A stretch of DNA of 63,404 nt, counting the filler, from Saprolegnia diclina VS20 (taxonomy: Eukaryota): the NCBI RefSeq assembly GCF_000281045.1. It is 12 parts of 7 records of this genome, joined end to end, with 100 filler letters (N's around TTAATTAATTAA, not from the genome) between each part and the next. Parts side by side here need not be neighbours in the genome. Positions count along the whole stretch, not along the records: positions 55,961 to 57,172 come from NW_008246204.1; positions 57,273 to 59,793 come from NW_008246205.1; positions 59,894 to 61,891 come from NW_008246206.1; positions 61,992 to 63,404 come from NW_008246207.1; 8 more parts are not named here. The stretch is one strand, 5' to 3'. The notes below the pieces were generated by a model. It saw only the letters and a list, made by a program, of their open reading frames with translations. It did not search any database and was not told the DNA's origin. Position numbers and translations under genes: made by a program. Below are positions 57,123-63,404 of this stretch, in pieces (position 1 is the stretch's first letter; each line of letters begins with the position of its first letter).

Positions 57123-57657
57123 CGGTCCGCGTGTCCACGTTGCTCTGCACGAAGCTCATCGAGTCGCCGATGNNNNNNNNNNNNNNNNNNNNNNNNNNNN
57201 NNNNNNNNNNNNNNNNTTAATTAATTAANNNNNNNNNNNNNNNNNNNNNNNNNNNNNNNNNNNNNNNNNNNNGGGTTGCGTGTGAATAGTCGCATCGAAA
57301 CAAGGACATGTCCGAATTCATCCGTCGTCACAGCGTGGTGACCAACTTGCAAGGGATATACCGGTAATAGAGAGATTTCGCAACTCACTCCCCGTTTCAT
57401 CTGCGTTCTGTTTTATGTGGAAGCAGATGCAACGCAACACGTAAAAATTGTGATTTCGCACTGGACATCCCGTCTTCGTCTGCATTCGAATGCAGACGAA
57501 GACGGGAGCAACTTCAACTTTTATTTCGCAAAATTTCAGAAAGATCCCATCCTCGTTTTGTCTTGTGCTACTACTGCAGTCGCGTAAGCCTCGTCATGAT
57601 CGATTTCTGCCATGTTGTCGCCGCGAGCTTGTGGTGTTGCTTCGCCGCAGTCGCCGT

Positions 57658-58254
57658 ATGTCTCGTCAGCGCCGCCGCCAGTTCCTACAGCTAACTTTAC
57701 TCCTCTCGGTTATCGAGCCGTCGTTGGTCCCGAAAACGCGCCTCTTTCTCGACTCGATGAACGACGCCGATGCAATCCTGCATTTCCGCTTTGGCGGGAC
57801 TTCTTTGACGCGCCTCACGTGCTCTCCAACTCCCGGCCGTCGTTATCGACGAGGGACTGGGTCGATACCTCGCTGTCGAAGCCCTTCGCGTTACTCTCAA
57901 CCGCGTGGCCTAGCCTCGGCGGTACTGTGATATGATGATCGTGTTCGGTCGGTCGCGTGAGTCTCTGTGCCGCATACACGACTATGTGCTCGATGCTCTT
58001 TCCACGACAAGTGGGCCGACGTCTTCTTCTTCCAGAGGACACTCGTCGCCAAGCGCCTCCAGAAGTACACGGACGCGATTGTCGCTAAAGGGTCGCCTCT
58101 AATGAACGTCTTGGGGTTCATCGACGGATATAAGATCGGGGCGGTCGTCGTCCGACGAGATTGGCCAGTTGTCAGTCGTCGCGCCAAGTTGGAAGTGACA
58201 TGGGCGCGTGAGTTCGACAGGTTAAATAAGGTTAAAGCCTCACGCACTGTTTGA
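57658..58254 (+). mobile_element. Decayed PIF/Harbinger(ISL2EU)-like DDE transposase, N-terminal fragment
   Basis: DADAILHFRF, then after frameshifts RLQKYTDAIVAKGSPLMNVLGFIDG (first catalytic Asp motif). The rest is missing. Confidence 0.75.
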
Positions 58255-58690
58255 CGTACTTTAACCTACTGAACGAAGACGGGAGCCTTCGCTCCCCGTT
58301 TTTGGTCGATTTGGGTGATTTCTACGATTAGTTTTCAGAGACCTCCCATTTTTTATTATTTATGACAGGATAGAAGCGCAGATGGAAACGGGAAGTGAGT
58401 TGCGAAATCTCTCTAATAACTAAGGGTGGTCGTCGACCCGAATTTCAAGATATTTTTATTCAAAATGCCAGATCCAAGGTCCAGGTAGCTTGTTGTCAAT
58501 TCCAAGGTATTTTTATTCCACCGCGTGAGAGATTGGAAACCGCCGGATACCATCCGGACTTGGATGCTGCGGGATTGCGCATCACGATGTGGACATGGAG
58601 ATGCGAGATGCAGCACGAGATGAGCGATCAACGGTTGCCCTGCGAGCGATAGACCGACGTACGCATGTACTAAGGAGGATAATCGGTCAA

Positions 58691-59299
58691 TTAGTAGGTC
58701 GAGGCTAATCTACTTGGCGTTGCGCTTGGCGTAGGGTCCATCTTTGTCATCTTCATCTGGCGACTCTTGACCGGTGCCGCTACCGGTGTCTGCGCCTTGC
58801 GCTTGCCTTGTAATGGCTGTGGTGTCTTGCCCGTCTCCGCCTTGAGCTTCTGGCGCAGCGCGAGGGTGCCCGACTTGTCAACGTGGCGGCCGAGGTACTG
58901 GGCCGAAAATCGGTGAACGACAACACCAATGCGCGCATGCATGGCTGAGAGCTGCAGAGCCTTGTGCAATTTGTCACGCAGCTTCGTGTCGTGGAGGAGG
59001 CTCTCGTTGAGATCAAACGCCTTGGTCCACGCTTCGTCGAACAGGCGCGGTAGGACGTCGTCGCTTGTTACCGACGCGGCCGTTGCAGCCAGCGACTCGT
59101 TCCCGCGCGAGAGCGAGAAGGTCGACCGCACCACAAGCATGAGACGCTGGGCCCACGGCAAAAAGTCGCGGTGGACGAATGCCATACCACCTTTGTTGAG
59201 CATCACCAGAGCCTCGTCTTCTGAAGCTTGCAGTCGCCGACGCACCGATAGCTCTTGGGCTTGGACGCAGGCTTGGGCGCTGGCGACATGGCAGTGCAA
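58691..59299 (-). CDS. Hypothetical protein fragment, possibly transposon-derived
   Basis: Coding-like frame with LNKGGMAFV and ALRQKLKA. No clear start or family. Confidence 0.35.
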   Translation of the reverse strand: MHCHVASAQACVQAQELSVRRRLQASEDEALVMLNKGGMAFVHRDFLPWAQRLMLVVRSTFSLSRGNESLAATAASVTSDDVLPRLFDEAWTKAFDLNESLLHDTKLRDKLHKALQLSAMHARIGVVVHRFSAQYLGRHVDKSGTLALRQKLKAETGKTPQPLQGKRKAQTPVAAPVKSRQMKMTKMDPTPSATPSRLASTY

Positions 59300-60314
59300 C
59301 TCTTTGTTTTGCGCAAGGCCCCCATTTCAAAAGCGGCGATTGAGACGAATATGATAAAACCGTACCAGAAAAGGTCCCGCTGCCGCACGCGAGTTCGATG
59401 GGGGATCCCTCGAGATCCCTAACACCGTTTGAACAGTAGACACTTATCGCTTTGATCAAGCTCGTGTCCAAATCTTGATAGCAGGCATGCATCCGCTACA
59501 GCTCAACTCGATGATCAAAGATGCTCACTCTGGGACCATCGATTTTGGCGACTCGATCCAACATTTATCCTAAACTACTTATCGCAGCGCCACGCGTCAT
59601 AGCTTGTTCGATGCACAATGATCTTGCGCATCGTAGCGCACTATTGGCGCAGGGCAGCGACCTTTTCTACGGGAGATAGACCCTTAGATCCGGGCGCTCG
59701 ACGTGCGCGCCGCCGTCCATCATTTTATTCAAAAGTCATTATTTTTAAAAAATGTGCCAAATATTTTTATTTGAAAACCCTCCGACGAGGTATNNNNNNN
59801 NNNNNNNNNNNNNNNNNNNNNNNNNNNNNNNNNNNNNTTAATTAATTAANNNNNNNNNNNNNNNNNNNNNNNNNNNNNNNNNNNNNNNNNNNNCCGGCGA
59901 CACCGCAGCCGACGACGAGCGCCTGGACGCGGCGCACCGGGAGGTTGGTGGCGTACGCATCCGTGTACGAGCTCGTCGGGACGCGGTAATCGGAAGCGCT
60001 CTTCTGGATCGCGCTACGGCTTCGTCGGCGGTTTAAGGTGGCGTCCATGATGCTGAAGCTTAGCGCTGGGCGAGGCAAATGAAGGAATGGCAGCGAGTGA
60101 GGCGGCTAGACACTTCAGCAACAGCTGGCGCGACGACCGGAGCGCATCGGAACCCAATTTTTGGCTGATTTCTTGGCCTTTCCCAGAGTCGGACCTCAGA
60201 TGGGTCCTCTAAATAAAATAGGGATTATTGTTGACTTGTGTTTTGTATCAAAATCGGCGAGATGTCTACACTTCGTTTCGGGGGCCTACCGAAACGATGG
60301 AAGAGGCAGACCAT

Positions 60315-61002
60315 AGGCGACTGAGTCATCCGGCCAATGACTCACTCGAAGTTCGAAGGCAAACCATTACTAATGTACGCAAATAGTGTGAAGGGCGCGG
60401 TCGGAAAGAGCGCCGTGCGGCAATGTAGCTGCTCCTCCGCCTCTGATGGCTCAAGGATACGCAACTCATTGCTCAGCCTGTTGGATCATTGGAAGTATAG
60501 CTCCTCTGTTTCAACTGGTCCACTCGAAGTTTATATCTGTAACTCTGGTACCGCCTTGGGTACATTGCCGAAGCGGCGCTCGCGGCGCCCATCTCGGTCG
60601 GCACCCACCACATTGTGAGCGACGACCCGGTCAGCGACAGCAACAGCGAACACGNNNNNNNNNNNNNNNNNNNNNNNNNNNNNNNNNNNNNNNNNNNNNN
60701 NNNNNNNNNNNNNNNNNNNNNNNNNNNNNNNNNNNNNNNNNNNNNNNNNNNNNNAGGCGACTGAGTCATCCGGCCAATGACTCACTCGAAGTTCGAAGGC
60801 AAACCATTACTAATGTACGCAAATAGTGTGAAGGGCGCGGTCGGGAAGGGCGCTGTGCGGCAATGTAGCTGCTCCTCCGCGCCTCTGATGGCTCGGGGAT
60901 ACGCAACTCATTGCTCAGCCTGTTGGATCATTGGAAGTATAGCTCCTCTGTTTCAACTGGTCCACTAGAAGTTTATATCTGTAACTCTGGTACCGCCTTG
61001 GG
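60315..61002. repeat. ~246-bp direct repeat flanking a scaffold gap (60315-60560 and 60755-61002)
   Basis: Near-identical copies differing by a few substitutions and a 2-nt indel. Confidence 0.9.
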
Positions 61003-63404
61003 CTCGTGTTCATCACACCCAGCTTCCGAGTGGCCCATGTGTTCTTGCTGCAGAGGAATGCGCAACGTAACAAATCTCCCAACGTCGCTGGAGGTCTGGG
61101 CCAAACAGCTCGCTTCGAGGTCCGACGATGTTCCCCCAGAGCTTATCTTGACACACCAACGCCGCTTGGCGCACTTTTGTCATCTCATGTGCGAGAAGGT
61201 GGACAGGAACGTACTCGTGGTGGCTTGCAGTAGCTTCGTGAGCGAGCGACTGAGAGAAAACGCCAACTCGTCGCGTTAGGAAGCGATTCTCACACGTGAA
61301 AGGACGCGTGTTCACGACATGTTTGTGCACTCGGCGCGCGTCTCGGTCCAAACTTGAAGCATTGCGTGATGCAGGGGAATCGGCATCCGAGGTGTCGACA
61401 CCAGTACCGGGTATACTTGAGGATGTCGGTAGTAGATGATTGCTTTGACTCGTACAATCAAGGGTCAAAACCCTGGGGTAGAATCAAGGTCCGGCGGAGG
61501 TACTGAAAGCTGTACTGAAGCATATCGCAGTCTCTATTAATGCACGGAAGAGCTCATCGCGAACATCCGACACACGAGGCGTCGTCGTGAAGCTGTTGCA
61601 GCAGCTCTGAATCACCGGTACCAGCAGCAGCGTCCAAATGTATTAGTACCTTCGGCAGCGTAAACTTTAAAGACGTTGAGCATTCTCGCGGCACGAGCGA
61701 GCGCAGTCGGGTGCTCATGTTTTAGTCCAGTTTCTCGCGGTCAAGCTACAGGGAGCAGGCTGGACTCCAGCCTGTAACCTGCGTGTGACAAGTTAAAAGT
61801 GTTGGGCGGTGGGCGGTGACGAGGCTGTCCATGAAACTGCAACTGGTGTTGCAGGAGGTGAGGTCGGAGACTAAATCGCCTTCCACTAGTANNNNNNNNN
61901 NNNNNNNNNNNNNNNNNNNNNNNNNNNNNNNNNNNTTAATTAATTAANNNNNNNNNNNNNNNNNNNNNNNNNNNNNNNNNNNNNNNNNNNNATGGTACTA
62001 GGTACACATTAGACCGGTTGGGACCAAGAACGACGCGGGTCCGGACACTTCTCTACAATGCTCCGTGTATCGATGCCAATGGTGAGTACATGACGTGGCA
62101 CGAGGAGATGTGTCAAATCGACGGCTCATTTTGCCACGTACCCGAGGCCGATCGGTGGACAACGCACCAGCGCTTTGTGGACAATTACGCAACCATGTAC
62201 CTCACGCATCACTGGCAAGAGCTGGGCTTGCACCTACTCCCGATGGCAACGAGCTAGCCACGCCTGTGGATTAACCCAAAATTTCTCGTCAATTTGGTGC
62301 ATTTGTAAGCCGGCGACAAGAATTTGACGCTGCATTGACTTACAACAACCTGTCTTCAGCGACGCACGCCGAGGTCGTCTCTTGCCTTTGGTGGGCGCGA
62401 CCGTAGAATAGAATAACATGGGTGTAGTGGACACATAGATTTAAAGTGTCGTTCGCCGCGGTAATGCGTGTTTTCACAATGACGAACTTGCTCAGGGGCA
62501 GAGGGTAATGCCTTCATTCCTGCCAGGACCTCGGGTGAGGCGAGGCGGATTGCTTCGTAGGAGTCGAGATCTAGAATGCTAGCTCTACGACGGCTCGCAA
62601 GATACGCCCCTTCGTGAAAAGGTCGTGTCGACTTCCTACGCGCGCAAAACACCCATTATGTGCTCCAACACCAGCGCAGCGACACCCTTGGTGGTACCCG
62701 AGCGTTCGCATATCACAGCGTATGGAGCTTTCTTCTTCAAGACCAAACTACGTGAAGAAACAAGGCCCGCCTTGGTGTTCGACATGTCTGTGGTGGGCGA
62801 GTAGGTCAGCTTTTTGTCGACCAGTGCAAATTTGGGAGTGCCTCGACCTGGTATCTGCGGTCGACGCTCTCTCCTTGTGATTTCTCGCTGAGGGGGCGGC
62901 TCTATCTCAGTTGAGTAGCTCAGTACAGTATGCTGTGTCTGGGTTCTGCGTTCGTAAATGCAATTCCGTCCTGCATCCAGGGCGGTCGTTCTCCCTGCTG
63001 CGGTATTTATGTTGCACGGCGGAAACCACGACATTCCTTTTGCCGTAGCAAGTCTAATGTTTCAAGCGCGTTGTGACGACGACTTGGACACGTCTGGCGT
63101 GTCACCAGACGCGCTTCAACTTGGTGGATTTATTCAGCGACAAACCGTGATCAGTTAGTGCGATCGGTTTGCGCCTGTCATGCAATCTTTTTGAGAGAAT
63201 GCTACGTATGCTACTGGAGAACGGCAGGACGTCAAGTCAATGGTTTGTGTGCCGTCAACGCACGTTCGACAAACAATATTTGCGCCGAGGATGGAGCCAC
63301 ACCCAGCTCCACGTTGGTAGTCGTCGACGCATGTTGTTACCGTTATAGCCGCTGGGAAAACCCACGAGACACAAGTCGTCGCTTGCCGACGCAGCAAAAA
63401 CCTC

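Noticed and set aside
60315..61002. Direct repeats as an LTR pair
   Set aside because: No TG..CA termini, PBS or internal ORF. The second copy starts exactly at a gap edge, which is typical of scaffolding overlap or haplotype duplication.
61992..63404. Possible decayed LTR-retrotransposon integrase/RNase H fragments
   Set aside because: Only vague His/Cys patterns; no motif I can support.

Overview
This is eukaryotic oomycete DNA, most like Saprolegniales: GC-rich codons, ~40-55 nt GT-AG introns, Inr/FPR-type core promoters, and AA17, elicitin-like and GH6-CBM1 genes. It is not one locus. About 12 separate contigs/scaffolds are joined by artificial N-TTAATTAATTAA-N linkers, and there are three plain 100-N gaps, so adjacency across linkers means nothing. 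Recognisable genes, in order: secreted GH6 cellulase with two CBM1 domains; AA17-type LPMO (cut by a gap); a two-exon elicitin-like gene the ORF track misses; a multi-exon methyltransferase-like/OB-fold gene; bystin; a polytopic adenylyl-cyclase-anchor-like protein plus a partial paralog; enoyl-CoA hydratase; OHCU decarboxylase; a CCDC87-like gene; five clustered single-repeat THAQKY Myb genes; HGSNAT; a Cys-rich type-I membrane protein; HSPA13-like Hsp70; SPPL-type peptidase; Zn-dependent alcohol dehydrogenase; CFAP36; RPL10; a FYVE/F-box/SAM/trypsin fusion; a partial 2OG-oxygenase-associated protein; and a TMEM198/TM7SF3-like protein. Decayed Helitron, LINE and Harbinger-like fragments are also present. 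The most unusual items are the FYVE-F-box-SAM-protease fusion, the cyclase-less 2x6TM protein, the double-MTase+OB protein, the Myb cluster with a shared C-terminal motif, and a 665-bp inverted repeat enclosing a half tRNA-Gln flanked by a 13-bp direct repeat. All family calls come from motif recognition by eye; no database search was run.
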